In this document: piece by piece, positions 1 through 9,143 of the stretch
How positions within the stretch are numbered: the stretch's first letter is position 1
Layout: each line of letters begins with the position of its first letter
Virus record (IMG/VR): IMGVR_UViG_3300021376_000051
Location: 1,205-65,204 of that record
Reading direction: 5' to 3' (one strand)
DNA: 64,000 nucleotides
Source of the DNA: a virus
Lineage: Duplodnaviria > Caudoviricetes
Made by a program: the position numbers and the translations under genes
The notes under the pieces: model-generated
The model's database searches: none
Told to the model about the DNA's origin: nothing
The model's input: only the letters and a program-made list of their open reading frames with translations

Positions 1-150
1 CATGGCAAGAGGATGGGTCTTTCTCTTGTTAGTTCCAATACCAACGATACGATTATCAGCAACCACAATTGATACATGGTTGTAGTTTCTTAGTTGACTT
101 GAGTTCTGGTATTCTTCGTAAGCGATATCACGATACTTTGCGATGTCCAT
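1..150 (-). CDS. Partial (5' part) cytidine/dCMP deaminase-like protein
   Basis: ATG at 150; MDIAKYRDIAYEEY...NHVSIVVADNRIVGIGTNKRKTHP resembles the N-terminus of phage deaminase-fold proteins; runs off the window, so the HAE/CxxC motifs are not visible. Confidence 0.45.
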   Translation of the reverse strand, partial: MDIAKYRDIAYEEYQNSSQLRNYNHVSIVVADNRIVGIGTNKRKTHPLAM

Positions 151-529
151 CTTTGATAGTTTCTACGGCTACAGTAAAGTAACCTTCTGTATCTTTGGGT
201 GCCCATTCTTTTGAAATGAACAAAGCCCAGATTTGAGAATCATCTTCCCACAACTTCCCGTTCAATGAATCTAAAATAGCTTTGGAGTAGTTGTCTACAT
301 CAGCCCTTGGATATTCTAGTTTCGTTGTCTTAGGTCTTGTAATATAGCATCTAATATCTACAGCTAACTTACCGCTCAGTGGAGTAAAGTTCCGGCCTAG
401 GACTTGGTTTATAACCTGAGCCGCTAAATGCCGGAACTTCTTATAAGGCCCTGTAAAATACGCGCCAAACTTGCCAACTCTAGGTCGGCTGGCAGCTACT
501 GGGTTTACAGGAAACTTATACTCCATCAT
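128..529 (-). CDS. rusA: RusA-like Holliday junction resolvase
   Basis: PV..SRPR N-terminus; DVDNYSKAILDSLNG..WEDDSQI matches the RusA catalytic motif. Confidence 0.9.
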   Translation of the reverse strand: MMEYKFPVNPVAASRPRVGKFGAYFTGPYKKFRHLAAQVINQVLGRNFTPLSGKLAVDIRCYITRPKTTKLEYPRADVDNYSKAILDSLNGKLWEDDSQIWALFISKEWAPKDTEGYFTVAVETIKDGHRKVS

Positions 530-539
530 GAGTTAATCC

Positions 540-1016
540 TTAGAACGGAATGTCACTGGATACTTCTTCCTTTACCGCAGTAAATTCTGAAGAACCAGAG
601 ACATAGTTACGTTCAATTAGCTGGATTGATTCCATGTAGAATGAAACAGAATTGTCACGGGCAATCAGAGCAGGGGTTACCTTGACTCGGACTACATCTG
701 TACCAAACGGAATCATTTCTGATGGCTTGTTGTCAGGGCCAACGCATGGGAAAGTCTTGATACCTTCTTTGGCCTTGAGTACGTTCTTGAACTTGATGGT
801 CTTAACACCTTCGGCATCCTTGAGGCCGTTGATCTTCTTACCACCTAGCTCCTTGACAGATGCTTGAAGTTGCTTCTGCAACTCAGGAGTTAGCTCCACA
901 GTTACGGAATGGTTTGGGTTTCCGAACTTATCATCTGGTGTCATTAGGTGTGACCACTTGACGGTCACATGCCCAGTGACAAAGGGCTTAGCATACTTAT
1001 TCTTGGCTGTTGCCAT
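540..1016 (-). CDS. Single-stranded DNA-binding protein (T7 gp2.5-like)
   Basis: W.HL..PDDKF motif, IQLIE strand, acidic C-tail ending DIPF; position in the replication module. Confidence 0.8.
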   Translation of the reverse strand: MATAKNKYAKPFVTGHVTVKWSHLMTPDDKFGNPNHSVTVELTPELQKQLQASVKELGGKKINGLKDAEGVKTIKFKNVLKAKEGIKTFPCVGPDNKPSEMIPFGTDVVRVKVTPALIARDNSVSFYMESIQLIERNYVSGSSEFTAVKEEVSSDIPF

Positions 1017-1233
1017 TTGTGTTTTCTCCTTCAGTCTTGGGAGTAATGTTGTTGATGTTGGTGCGTAGATTAAACATGATGTTATCTAGCTGACGGTAAA
1101 CCTCAGATAGATAAGCAACTACAGCACCAGCAGGAATAGCTACAGTTGGTTCTTCCTGCTTGATTTCTTCTGTTACTTCGTTCATTAGCATATCTCCAAA
1201 TATGGTTGATTGCCATCTATTACAATACCACAA
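997..1233 (-). CDS. Hypothetical protein (true start probably MNEVTEE, ~1185)
   Basis: Fills the gap between the phosphoesterase and SSB with overlapping start/stop codons. Confidence 0.55.
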   Translation of the reverse strand: MWYCNRWQSTIFGDMLMNEVTEEIKQEEPTVAIPAGAVVAYLSEVYRQLDNIMFNLRTNINNITPKTEGENTNGNSQE

Positions 1234-1844
1234 CTGACGATGGCTTTCTTCAGATGTGATTTAGAATACTGGAATACAGGATTTGATTGATCAATTCCCG
1301 CGCCAACATTCATACCAAAATACATGGTATTAGGGCCTTTAATCCAGTTTATACTGGCAATGCTGTGGTGGTGGCCGCAGACTACAGACTGTAGCCTAGC
1401 TTTAGCAGCATTGAATGATGGATACATTCCGCCCCATCCATCACCATGTGTATACAGTACACCGTCTACGTCTGTTTCCATAACCCAGTTCCACTTGGGT
1501 GTGTTATAGATATCAGAGAAAGACTTGAGGTACATACTAGGTATGCCATGCTTGTTTGACTTACGATGAACTCTTGCATCGTGATTACCAATACAAACAG
1601 TAGCATTTGGGAATGCTTTGTACCACCAGTACACTTCCCTTAGTGCATCCTTGTACTCTTCAAGAGGACCCGGTAAATCCGGGTTCTTGTCATGCATTGA
1701 GATTGCTTCATGATCGATTATATCTCCAATGAATACAGTGTTATTAGTCTTATACTTTTTCTGCATTGCTTTGCAGAATTCAAGATAATTAGGATGCACT
1801 GCTGGGCAGTGTAAGTCACCGATTACTAGTGTTCGCATTTCCAA
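1185..1844 (-). CDS. Calcineurin-like metallophosphoesterase
   Basis: GDLH, GDIID, GNHD, THGD and GHHH motifs. Confidence 0.9.
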   Translation of the reverse strand: MEMRTLVIGDLHCPAVHPNYLEFCKAMQKKYKTNNTVFIGDIIDHEAISMHDKNPDLPGPLEEYKDALREVYWWYKAFPNATVCIGNHDARVHRKSNKHGIPSMYLKSFSDIYNTPKWNWVMETDVDGVLYTHGDGWGGMYPSFNAAKARLQSVVCGHHHSIASINWIKGPNTMYFGMNVGAGIDQSNPVFQYSKSHLKKAIVSCGIVIDGNQPYLEIC

Positions 1845-2049
1845 ATCTCCTTTTAGCGTCTTCCTTCCATTGAACTGCTAGAGGAGGAAGAGGCTCGCCC
1901 CCATCTTCTTGGGGAATAGGAGCATATACATCAATCTCTCCTCTGCGGTGCATTTCTTGCCACTTATTCAGTGTAATGCTTCCTCTGTCTCGCAGCTCGA
2001 CGGGCTTGTTCGCGACGCTTCTTTTCTTGTTTGGCTTTGTATTTGTCAT
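1816..2049 (-). CDS. Hypothetical protein
   Basis: Co-oriented ORF in the operon. Confidence 0.5.
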   Translation of the reverse strand: MTNTKPNKKRSVANKPVELRDRGSITLNKWQEMHRRGEIDVYAPIPQEDGGEPLPPLAVQWKEDAKRRFGNANTSNR

Positions 2050-2069
2050 AATTAAAGTCTTTAGTATCT

Positions 2070-2480
2070 TTACGTCTTATGTTCTTCTGTTCTGCCATCT
2101 TTCAAATCCGTAATCTCAACGATCATTCTCTTTGGGATTTTATTTACCTGAGCTGTTTCATCAGGACCAATAGTATTTGTTACTGCAAAATGATCTTCAT
2201 CTTCATGTAATACAAAACCAACAGTAACCATGATTGGTAGTGGAGACTTGCTAAATGATTGAGCCTTGCTCTTATCTAGCCACTCCTCACCACCTATAGT
2301 TACAGCATCAATCCAGAAGATCATAACCAAATCTGGACTTTCTTGTGGATAAATTACATTCTTAGGCAAAGAAGTATTCAGATCCGAGTACTTCTGAAAC
2401 ATCAAATTCTGCGTCTGGTTTTGGGCAGTCTGGAAGGAAGATTTGGTATCTTTCTTCTGTTTCTTTCTTGAGTTTTTCAA
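2070..2480 (-). CDS. Conserved-looking phage hypothetical protein (true start probably nearer 2370)
   Basis: W.DA...W / TVGFVLHED / IPK.MI pattern typical of small phage proteins; the annotated 5' part overlaps the RNAP gene. Confidence 0.6.
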   Translation of the reverse strand: MKNSRKKQKKDTKSSFQTAQNQTQNLMFQKYSDLNTSLPKNVIYPQESPDLVMIFWIDAVTIGGEEWLDKSKAQSFSKSPLPIMVTVGFVLHEDEDHFAVTNTIGPDETAQVNKIPKRMIVEITDLKDGRTEEHKT

Positions 2481-4797
2481 GTTGATTCTCCTTATGAATC
2501 TTTACAAACTCTTCTCTTAGAATCTTATGCATTACATCAATGTCTGTAGCATGTGTTCCATATGAATCATGGATCATAGAAAATGTATTAATACCTACAT
2601 TCATCATCCTACTGATAGACATAAACATATGTGCTGCATCTATCGCATGGATAAAGTTTGGAGAAACAGCGAGATACTGTGCTTTACCGTCGAGATCTTC
2701 CGTAACAGTTGAGAATACCAACTGCTGCCTGTTAAATAGTTCGGCATAAGAAACTCTTTCTAGTACTTCGTTGTATACATGGTGTACTTCAAACCCACTA
2801 GGAGTTGTCCATACCAATGGTTTGTTCATTCCATCTAGAACTTCAGCGACTGAACGCAACCATTCTTTACCCTTGTTTGGTGATTCCATAGTTTCACCTA
2901 GACCAGCTTGGATAGCGCGGCTAAGTTCTACTACAGCACCTCCTCTGGATTCTTTTGGAACCCAATCCACATGACCTTCTTGCTTTACATATTTCTGCAT
3001 TCCATAGAATGTAAGACCATATGCATCGCACATTGTAGGTCGTTTTGTTACAGCCCGTGGTAGTTTATTATTCCAGTTTAAAAGGAATACTTGATACCAA
3101 TTATTTTCAGGATGCTCTAGCATATACTGAGTACTAGAGTCTGCAACATACTGGTATAGATCTTCTGGTTTTTCACTGGGCAAGAGATTTGTAAGCTTTG
3201 CTAGCTTCTTGTTTCTCATAATAGCTGACCAATGTTGACCACCATTATTAGCACCATCCATTTGAATAGGAAGCTGAGTCATGCCATCCTTCCGGGCAAT
3301 TTCAAAGATTGCTGCAAGGCGTTGGAATGACTTGTTCTTTTTCTTTAGTGGATCAATCCATTCTTTATTTGAGTATGGATCTTCTGCAATACGCAGTAGC
3401 ATATCAATGTTTTCGTCTACCCACTTAACCCTATCTTCAAATGGCTTTTTGTCTTGGTCAAATAGATTTGCTAGGTGAACCTTAAGCCAGAACAAACCAC
3501 GTTCAGTTTGTTTCTTTGGCATTGCAAACTGTACAAGACCACGATCAAAATCTACTCCTTGTGGAGATAGTAACTCACACACAGAGTATGCACGACCCCT
3601 GAAGTCCAGGGTATATGGCATATAGAAGAAGTCCCAGTCTAGCATTTTCTTTGCTAGCTGTAGCCGTACAATCATTCGACTGCGGGCTTGTTCTTCTTTG
3701 TACCATTCTCCCCAAGCTTCATTGGATTCTTGCATCCATTTGGCTTGCTCTTCTTTTGCACCATCTGTAGGATATGGCCTAGTAAAAGCATAATCCTTGA
3801 ATGTAAATGCTGGTAGATTTGCAAGCTTATGATCGTTTTCAAACATAGTCTTCATAACAGAATAGACTTGTTTGTTTACTGACCATTCAGTTTCACTAAG
3901 GGCATTAAGCCCACGGAGAACAAGTTCACTTGGTTTTGAGTCCCAATCCTTGGGATCTGCACCTACTGGATGATATCTTTTAATCATCTTCTTCCGAACC
4001 CAAGGTGACAAGAAGCCACCATCTTCTTCGGTAGTGTGCTTTACAGGAGGACAGATCATTGGTCTGTAAACTAGGCAGGCAGTCTCAAGCATTTCGTGAC
4101 GCTTGCTTAGTTCTTTTAGAATCCAAGGGGCAAAACAAACCAACAATGATTTCTTGTTCTTACCATTCCAGTGTACCCGTGAGACAAGGATATCACTAGA
4201 AAGTGCAATGCGAAGCATGTTATGACCAAAGTCTTCCTTCTCTTTTGAGTTTAACTTAGGAAGCTTACCAACTTTAGTTGTAAATGCCTTGCACCGCTTT
4301 ACAGTCCAGTTTTTAATAAACTTAGACTGCCTACGCCAATCTTCTGAGAACTTCTTTTTTGCTTGTTGATAAGCAATAATTGAAATAACATCATCAGAGA
4401 TTAACTTTGATACTTGTTGGGCAACCGGAGCATTGCTTGGAATACCCATAGTATCGTCAAAGTTTTGAATTGTATTCCTGGTTAGGAATAAACGCATAAC
4501 ATTTCTGATTGTAATGTCTGCCATCTTAGCAGCACCAACACATAGAAGAGGTGCTAGCCAATCAGGCGACTTACGGTTATTACAACATTCATCAATCCAC
4601 TTCTGATAATAAGGAGTAAGATGTATGACTGCACTTTCAAGCAGAAGTTGCTCAGGCTTTCCTTCATCAACCGCACGATTGTACTCCTTCCAGTATTTTT
4701 CAATACCATTATCTAGTAGATCTTCTTCAAATAGCTTTTGATTTATAAGTCTATTGTCTCTTTGTTCTTTAGATAGTTGTAACCAAGCTGTGCTCAC
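2362..4797 (-). CDS. T7-like single-subunit DNA-directed RNA polymerase (canonical)
   Basis: LDFRGRAY; motif A DGANNGGQH; motif B RAVTKRPTMCDAYG; PNFIHAIDAAH; motif C IHDSYG; C-terminal YFFA. Confidence 0.97.
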   Translation of the reverse strand: MSTAWLQLSKEQRDNRLINQKLFEEDLLDNGIEKYWKEYNRAVDEGKPEQLLLESAVIHLTPYYQKWIDECCNNRKSPDWLAPLLCVGAAKMADITIRNVMRLFLTRNTIQNFDDTMGIPSNAPVAQQVSKLISDDVISIIAYQQAKKKFSEDWRRQSKFIKNWTVKRCKAFTTKVGKLPKLNSKEKEDFGHNMLRIALSSDILVSRVHWNGKNKKSLLVCFAPWILKELSKRHEMLETACLVYRPMICPPVKHTTEEDGGFLSPWVRKKMIKRYHPVGADPKDWDSKPSELVLRGLNALSETEWSVNKQVYSVMKTMFENDHKLANLPAFTFKDYAFTRPYPTDGAKEEQAKWMQESNEAWGEWYKEEQARSRMIVRLQLAKKMLDWDFFYMPYTLDFRGRAYSVCELLSPQGVDFDRGLVQFAMPKKQTERGLFWLKVHLANLFDQDKKPFEDRVKWVDENIDMLLRIAEDPYSNKEWIDPLKKKNKSFQRLAAIFEIARKDGMTQLPIQMDGANNGGQHWSAIMRNKKLAKLTNLLPSEKPEDLYQYVADSSTQYMLEHPENNWYQVFLLNWNNKLPRAVTKRPTMCDAYGLTFYGMQKYVKQEGHVDWVPKESRGGAVVELSRAIQAGLGETMESPNKGKEWLRSVAEVLDGMNKPLVWTTPSGFEVHHVYNEVLERVSYAELFNRQQLVFSTVTEDLDGKAQYLAVSPNFIHAIDAAHMFMSISRMMNVGINTFSMIHDSYGTHATDIDVMHKILREEFVKIHKENQLEKLKKETEERYQIFLPDCPKPDAEFDVSEVLGSEYFFA

Positions 4798-4958
4798 TCT
4801 TCATTATCTCCTTCTTCTGTTGCATGGTGTTCCCATTCAGTATCGTAAAGATCTCTTTCACAATGACCACAAATTTGACCCGCATAGTATGGCGCACCAT
4901 CTACATATCCACACATTGGGCAATCCATTCTTGGATTATTATCTTTATCAATATGCAT
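4794..4958 (-). CDS. 54-aa Zn-ribbon-like protein (not in ORF track)
   Basis: MHIDKDNNPRMDCPMCGYVDGAPYYAGQICGHCERDL...; two CxxC pairs; TGA overlaps the RNAP GTG start (GTGA). Confidence 0.6.
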   Translation of the reverse strand: MHIDKDNNPRMDCPMCGYVDGAPYYAGQICGHCERDLYDTEWEHHATEEGDNEE

Positions 4959-4990
4959 TGAGTTTATTTCCTTAGCTATATACTAGGTTA

Positions 4991-5695
4991 TCAAGCCGTA
5001 TCAACAATTGAATTGCCCCACACTAGGTGCTTCCAAGATACACTCATGCTATCTGGAATTAGATCATACATAGCTTGTGCATATTCTTGGATTTCCTTTT
5101 GTGCATGAGGATCAGTACGCTGTAGGTAAAACCTTGCACAACTAGATAGATTACCAGTCCAGTACCACTCGGTGTAAACACCCTGAGGTAGCACAAACCG
5201 TGCCTGCTCTGGACAAATACCAGCCTTAATTAAATAATTGTATGCAGCAAGTGCATGTTCACAGGCAAGGTTGTAAACCTCATGTGCATTGTTAGATGTG
5301 TAATTATTAAGTTGAGCACCACTACCCTGCTTGACAGATCCTTCAGGTTTGGAACGCCACATAGGTTGCATAATTTCAGGCTCAGTTGATACATATCTAC
5401 GGCTTATTTCATTCTCAACAAAGCCAACTTTGTGCTTGAAGAACTGAGTACGAATTGGCATAGGTGCCTTGATGTGCCAAGTCAAACTAGTATGAGCAAA
5501 TGGAGTCCAGTGCTTGTGCTCTGCAAGATACTTAATTAGTTTCTTATCTTGTGCACTAAGCTTACCATCTACTAGTTGAGAACGCTTGCCAAAGGATACA
5601 CGGGCAGCATTAACAACAGATAGATCTGAACCCATGTAATCTACTAGTGTAATAAACCCACCGTTACCAACCCTAGTTGTTTTGTTTAATTCCAT
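4991..5695 (-). CDS. thyX: FAD-dependent thymidylate synthase
   Basis: VVNAARVSF, H.TPF, KHKVGFVENEISRRY (ThyX motif variant), PEQARFVLP, AQKEI; start placed at MELNK. Confidence 0.93.
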   Translation of the reverse strand: MELNKTTRVGNGGFITLVDYMGSDLSVVNAARVSFGKRSQLVDGKLSAQDKKLIKYLAEHKHWTPFAHTSLTWHIKAPMPIRTQFFKHKVGFVENEISRRYVSTEPEIMQPMWRSKPEGSVKQGSGAQLNNYTSNNAHEVYNLACEHALAAYNYLIKAGICPEQARFVLPQGVYTEWYWTGNLSSCARFYLQRTDPHAQKEIQEYAQAMYDLIPDSMSVSWKHLVWGNSIVDTA

Positions 5696-6125
5696 GTTGT
5701 TTAATAGTATTGTAAAATCTTTCAGGTGTTCCACAGAATACAGGTAAATCATTGAATAGATAGTTTAGTATTCTACTAGAATTATATACACAATCATTTT
5801 TATGTGGTAGATAAAACAAAGTAAACATACCAGAAAGATAACGCATTGCATGATCTTTCTTTGACATATACTTTAATGTTTTTATAAAACCAATAAGATC
5901 TTCCATTTGTTTGTTGGATGTACCAACATACAGTATATTACTAAGTGAATCTAATCTATTATCTGCTTTAGCTGATATAGCTCTTGGATAATTGTATTGA
6001 TCACTGAAGTGAAGTACTGTATTCTCTATCTGAACTGAGCAATGATTGTCCCCGTAAATGCTGGATGCAATCTTGCAGTGTAGTCTGGAGTCCACTACAT
6101 TGTATGTTCTTAGGTAAACTTCCAA
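5673..6125 (-). CDS. Hypothetical protein, possibly permuted papain-like (His early, NDC late)
   Basis: HCSVQI...NDCV...TPE.F pattern; weak. Confidence 0.4.
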   Translation of the reverse strand: MEVYLRTYNVVDSRLHCKIASSIYGDNHCSVQIENTVLHFSDQYNYPRAISAKADNRLDSLSNILYVGTSNKQMEDLIGFIKTLKYMSKKDHAMRYLSGMFTLFYLPHKNDCVYNSSRILNYLFNDLPVFCGTPERFYNTIKQHGIKQNN

Positions 6126-6222
6126 GAGGAATAGCCTTTCTTACTTCTTCATATGGTAAAATCGGACTACCGTCCTCTGAGTAATTGATCCTACGAATAG
6201 TTATGTCTAGTACAGATATCAT

Positions 6223-6256
6223 AAAAAAGGGCCACACAGGTTTCCCCGTGTGGCCC
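6223..6256 (-). terminator. Rho-independent terminator
   Basis: Minus strand GGGCCACACGGG-GAAA-CCTGTGTGGCCC followed by TTTTTT, downstream of the DUF932 gene. Confidence 0.85.
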
Positions 6257-6278
6257 CTAAGGTTAATCAGCCAGATAA

Positions 6279-7211
6279 TCAAGCATGCTGTAGTGCGTAT
6301 TCCATTACGCGGATCTTTGCCTTAGCACGATCCCCGAACAGAATATCATCGAACTTGTTATCAGTCTTGTTGTTGCCACGATAAATCTGGTCGTGATCCA
6401 ACCAGTTAGTCACAGCATTTGCCGCAGTCCAGAGGTTTGCTCCGGTGGTACGGCTTTCTGAATCAAAGGTATTAGACCACTTGATCATGGTGCTAACAGC
6501 CTTTGAGTTGTCATCAGCTTGGTCAGCGTTGACTGGGTTTTCATGGATGCTACCGAACTGACTCATGTAAACATTAGTCCAGAAGGTTTGAACAAAGTCA
6601 GTAGTGACTTCCCGTTGTGCCATAAGGTTAGCTTGCTTAGCAAACTGCTCAGTACGAACACGGAAGAATTCAATACCATCAATCAGCGAGTCAATACGAG
6701 CCTGGATATTTCCAGTGTGCTTGATGGTTACTGACATCTTGCTGCTACGCAGCGCAGCATTAAGAGTGTTCTCACAGATGACACGCACGGTGGTAGGCAG
6801 AACATTTAGGGTATGCTTGCCGTTGTGAGCATTGGTAAGCAGAGTGTAAGGACGAACTTCATCGTCGCGGTTACCAACATTGAAGCTGTCGCCACGCATG
6901 AGGAACCAAATACGCTCACCCTGGTAGAGATTACCTACGGTTTCAACGCGAACATTCTTACCATTAATAGCCTCTGCCATAGCAGCGACTTCAGAGTTCT
7001 GAATAACTCGGTACCCAGAACCAACAATACCAAGCACACGACCAGTATCCTGGCGCACGTTGGCATAGTACTGTCCATCAGCCTTGATCTTAGCTTCATG
7101 CTGATAAAGCACAGGCTGAGTAGTAACAGTCCAATCAAGGTTAGCATGAGCAATGGCCTCGGTCATGCTCATACCATCTACATTACGACCGGCAGTTGTA
7201 AAGATTGACAA
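6279..7211 (-). CDS. DUF932-family phage/plasmid-like protein
   Basis: LDWTV, R.DT..VLGIVG..Y..IQN, ETVG.L..G..IW, PTTVRVICENTL, LW...NAVT..DH; probable TTG start after an AAGGA RBS. Confidence 0.88.
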   Translation of the reverse strand: MSIFTTAGRNVDGMSMTEAIAHANLDWTVTTQPVLYQHEAKIKADGQYYANVRQDTGRVLGIVGSGYRVIQNSEVAAMAEAINGKNVRVETVGNLYQGERIWFLMRGDSFNVGNRDDEVRPYTLLTNAHNGKHTLNVLPTTVRVICENTLNAALRSSKMSVTIKHTGNIQARIDSLIDGIEFFRVRTEQFAKQANLMAQREVTTDFVQTFWTNVYMSQFGSIHENPVNADQADDNSKAVSTMIKWSNTFDSESRTTGANLWTAANAVTNWLDHDQIYRGNNKTDNKFDDILFGDRAKAKIRVMEYALQHA

Positions 7212-7455
7212 TCTTATTCCTTTCAATAAATGTTGCGAGTGGGACCCACTCGCTTGAGGTGTCCAAGACCCACCCATCAAAGGTGTAGTCTAAGATAATT
7301 CCAGCATCAAGAAGCTTGCTTACCATTGATTCCGAAGAGGTACTCAGACCACTTGATGTTTGGGTCTGACTCAACTTCGTTTGGTTCGTCATATTCATAG
7401 TAAAACTCTTCAGTCGGATCCGGCTCTGCGAACGATGGGCGATCTTTGATTTCAC
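7183..7455 (-). CDS. Small hypothetical protein (likely start MVSKLL, ~7326)
   Basis: ORF track; overlaps its neighbours. Confidence 0.35.
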   Translation of the reverse strand: MKSKIAHRSQSRIRLKSFTMNMTNQTKLSQTQTSSGLSTSSESMVSKLLDAGIILDYTFDGWVLDTSSEWVPLATFIERNKIVNLYNCRS

Positions 7456-7492
7456 TCTGGGTCATTGTAATAAGGATCAGGAAGCATATCAA
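7307..7492 (-). CDS. Small acidic hypothetical protein
   Basis: Acidic ORF in the early-gene cluster. Confidence 0.45.
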   Translation of the reverse strand: MICFLILITMTQSEIKDRPSFAEPDPTEEFYYEYDEPNEVESDPNIKWSEYLFGINGKQAS

Positions 7493-7796
7493 GTTTATAA
7501 ACGTAGTTGATAAACTCCTTAAGCTTATTCAATTGATCTTGAGTAAGAACTAGGATTGGCCTATTTTCCATAAAGACAGGACCGAAAGCAATGTAAACAT
7601 TGCGTGGCGAGTAACTGATTTTATCAGTACTAGCTTCCTTTGAAAAGCCAAAGGTGACCTGATTAGTTTCTTCAAGACCCCTAATAATTAGGTGTGCTGA
7701 GTTAGTTGTACTAAACTTGTATTGCTTGTCGTTATTAAACATTTGATTCTTCTTCAAACTGACCAAACGAAACATACTCTTGCATGTCGGGACCAC
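7452..7796 (-). CDS. Hypothetical protein
   Basis: Co-oriented overlapping ORF. Confidence 0.55.
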   Translation of the reverse strand: MVPTCKSMFRLVSLKKNQMFNNDKQYKFSTTNSAHLIIRGLEETNQVTFGFSKEASTDKISYSPRNVYIAFGPVFMENRPILVLTQDQLNKLKEFINYVYKLDMLPDPYYNDPE

Positions 7797-8124
7797 CCCA
7801 ACATTCTGGAATCTCTTCAGAGATTACCTCGTTAAGTCTCTCTGCCATTTCTGAATCAGAAAGACCCTTGTAATCAATAATTCGTACACCAATTTCTACA
7901 AGACCATCAACCCAGTCGCGCCAGTTGGTTTCAGAAACGGTGGTAAGACCGAAACCAACTTCGGCCAGCATCTTAGCATTAGTAGTAAGCTTACCGTTTT
8001 GATCAAGCCAGACGCTTGTTTCAATAAACTTGTCCTTGTTGTCACCGATAAGGTGATTGATCTTGTCCAAGCGGTTCTGCCGCTTACGCTCAACCAGTTC
8101 TTTGTTAACCATTGTAGTTTGCAT
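7735..8124 (-). CDS. Hypothetical protein
   Basis: Co-oriented ORF with an upstream GGA RBS. Confidence 0.65.
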   Translation of the reverse strand: MQTTMVNKELVERKRQNRLDKINHLIGDNKDKFIETSVWLDQNGKLTTNAKMLAEVGFGLTTVSETNWRDWVDGLVEIGVRIIDYKGLSDSEMAERLNEVISEEIPECWGGPDMQEYVSFGQFEEESNV

Positions 8125-8253
8125 CCACTTCCATAATCTCTTCTGAGATCTTTTCTAGTTGTTCATAAATGTGGGTCATGTCACCCACGGTTTCATTACG
8201 CTTTTCAATGAGGATCATAAGATGATTAAATGTTTTGAAAATCTTTTCCATAG

Positions 8254-8703
8254 TTACCACCATCCAAGTATTACACCGTTGTTATTAGCAACGGCATTGA
8301 ACCAATCAGCAAGCATTTCTGCTTCGCTGAGATCTACACCATAGATAGATTCAGTTACCTCAAAGGCAAGGTGATCTGGGTTTTGCTTTATAAAATGGTC
8401 AACAAACTTAGTAAGCTTATCAGCCATCTTCTTAACAACTTCTTCAGGGATAACAGAAGCATACAGGGTTTGCCCTGTAACGTACTCCACATAGTCATTG
8501 TAGACTTTGCCCCTGAATGAGTTATTATTCATTGAGCAAATCCCAGAACACAACTTGTTGTTCTGAAATAGGCTGTTATCCATGACGGTGAATCCACCGT
8601 CTGAATCTCTTGTACATGCAAAGTTATCAAGTCCCATTGAAATATTCCTCACATTTGTTCTTAAAGAATTCTTCGTTGGATGAGAACAACATATGATATT
8701 CAT
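8254..8703 (-). CDS. Hypothetical phage protein (likely start MGLDN, ~8637)
   Basis: MGLD...SFRGKVY...GWW pattern common in phage early proteins. Confidence 0.65.
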   Translation of the reverse strand: MNIICCSHPTKNSLRTNVRNISMGLDNFACTRDSDGGFTVMDNSLFQNNKLCSGICSMNNNSFRGKVYNDYVEYVTGQTLYASVIPEEVVKKMADKLTKFVDHFIKQNPDHLAFEVTESIYGVDLSEAEMLADWFNAVANNNGVILGWW

Positions 8704-9010
8704 TTCGGAAGCATTCCTTAGACTTCCATTCCTGGGTCTTTAGTTCAATCCTAAAGCCTTCCTCGAATGGTCCCCAGATACTTGGGTCATTTTTGTTGTA
8801 TTCTTCTTCTTCATAGGATTGAAAGGCATCACAGAAAGCACAGCTTCCAAAGTGATACCAAACAATCCCAAACAAACCTTCAGAATTCTTCACAAGGTAC
8901 ATGGATGTACCTGAGAAGTCTCCTTCATGTTCAACCAAAACAACAGTGCAATTAACTTCCTTGCACATTCCATCAATCACTTGATATACACTTTTGTATT
9001 TAGTAGCCAT
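8627..9010 (-). CDS. Hypothetical protein with GSCxxCD motif
   Basis: GDFSG..Y...FGSCAFCDAF pattern. Confidence 0.65.
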   Translation of the reverse strand: MATKYKSVYQVIDGMCKEVNCTVVLVEHEGDFSGTSMYLVKNSEGLFGIVWYHFGSCAFCDAFQSYEEEEYNKNDPSIWGPFEEGFRIELKTQEWKSKECFRNEYHMLFSSNEEFFKNKCEEYFNGT

Positions 9011-9143
9011 ATAATCCTTAGGTTTACCTAGGTATTTATTATTACTATAGTATTAATATTACCTAGGTTTGAAGCCCTAGCTATATGCTAGGATATTGGG
9101 ATAAAAACAGGTTGCAAGGATTATTAGTCCTTGCAACCCTAGG

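Noticed and set aside
9030-9062. T7 consensus promoter (ACTATAG)
   Set aside because: Only the 7-mer matches, within an AT palindrome, and it is not repeated upstream of late genes
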